Below are positions 63,814 through 64,000 of a DNA stretch of 64,000 bases, piece by piece. Position 1 is the first letter of the stretch. Every line of letters begins with the position of its first letter. This DNA comes from Tubulanus polymorphus (taxonomy: Eukaryota > Animalia > Nemertea), in the NCBI RefSeq assembly GCF_964204645.1, contig NC_134026.1:6099950-6163949 (forward strand), in the 5' to 3' direction. The notes under the pieces are model-generated. The model had not been told where the DNA came from, searched no databases, and saw only the letters and a list, made by a program, of their open reading frames with translations. The position numbers and the translations under genes were made by a program.

Positions 63814-64000
63814 CTACAAAAATAGAGAAACATGCCTTTAAGATATCAAGGCCTATAACTAAATTTGTGACCGAAATTCTCTCATGGGACTCAAGGTTGC
63901 ACAATTGGTGAAGAGCCTTAATTTTGCTGCAAAGGTTTTACCCTGTGTGTGGGGTTAATTTTCATTGAAATTAGTGCTAGAGGGGCAGTCTGAACACCCA

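Overview
AT-rich, intron-containing invertebrate (metazoan) genomic DNA; not prokaryotic. Every recognisable gene is on the minus strand. From left to right: (1) MFSD14/HIAT1-like MFS transporter, 3' end off-window; (2) complete 16-exon SSRP1 (FACT subunit); (3) tandem array of eight intact single-coding-exon DCXR/L-xylulose-reductase-like SDR genes plus one pseudogene and one 3' remnant (16.8-30.8 kb); (4) a small putatively secreted ShKT-like + kringle gene; (5) a ~875-aa low-complexity protein with nine Trp-centred motifs (eight PxW), resembling the TNKS1BP1/KIAA1671 C-terminus, with alternative first exons; (6) the 3' half of a hexokinase. Introns and spacers contain many MITEs (some nested) and Penelope-like termini with minimal hammerhead ribozyme cores, one inside a ~100-bp near-perfect inverted repeat between SSRP1 and MFSD14. 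Most notable: the DCXR array shows patchwork sequence sharing, two intact copies lack the catalytic Tyr, and every copy has a splice acceptor 8-16 nt before its ATG. Exon boundaries were read by eye from GT-AG sites and frame continuity; no database searches were run.
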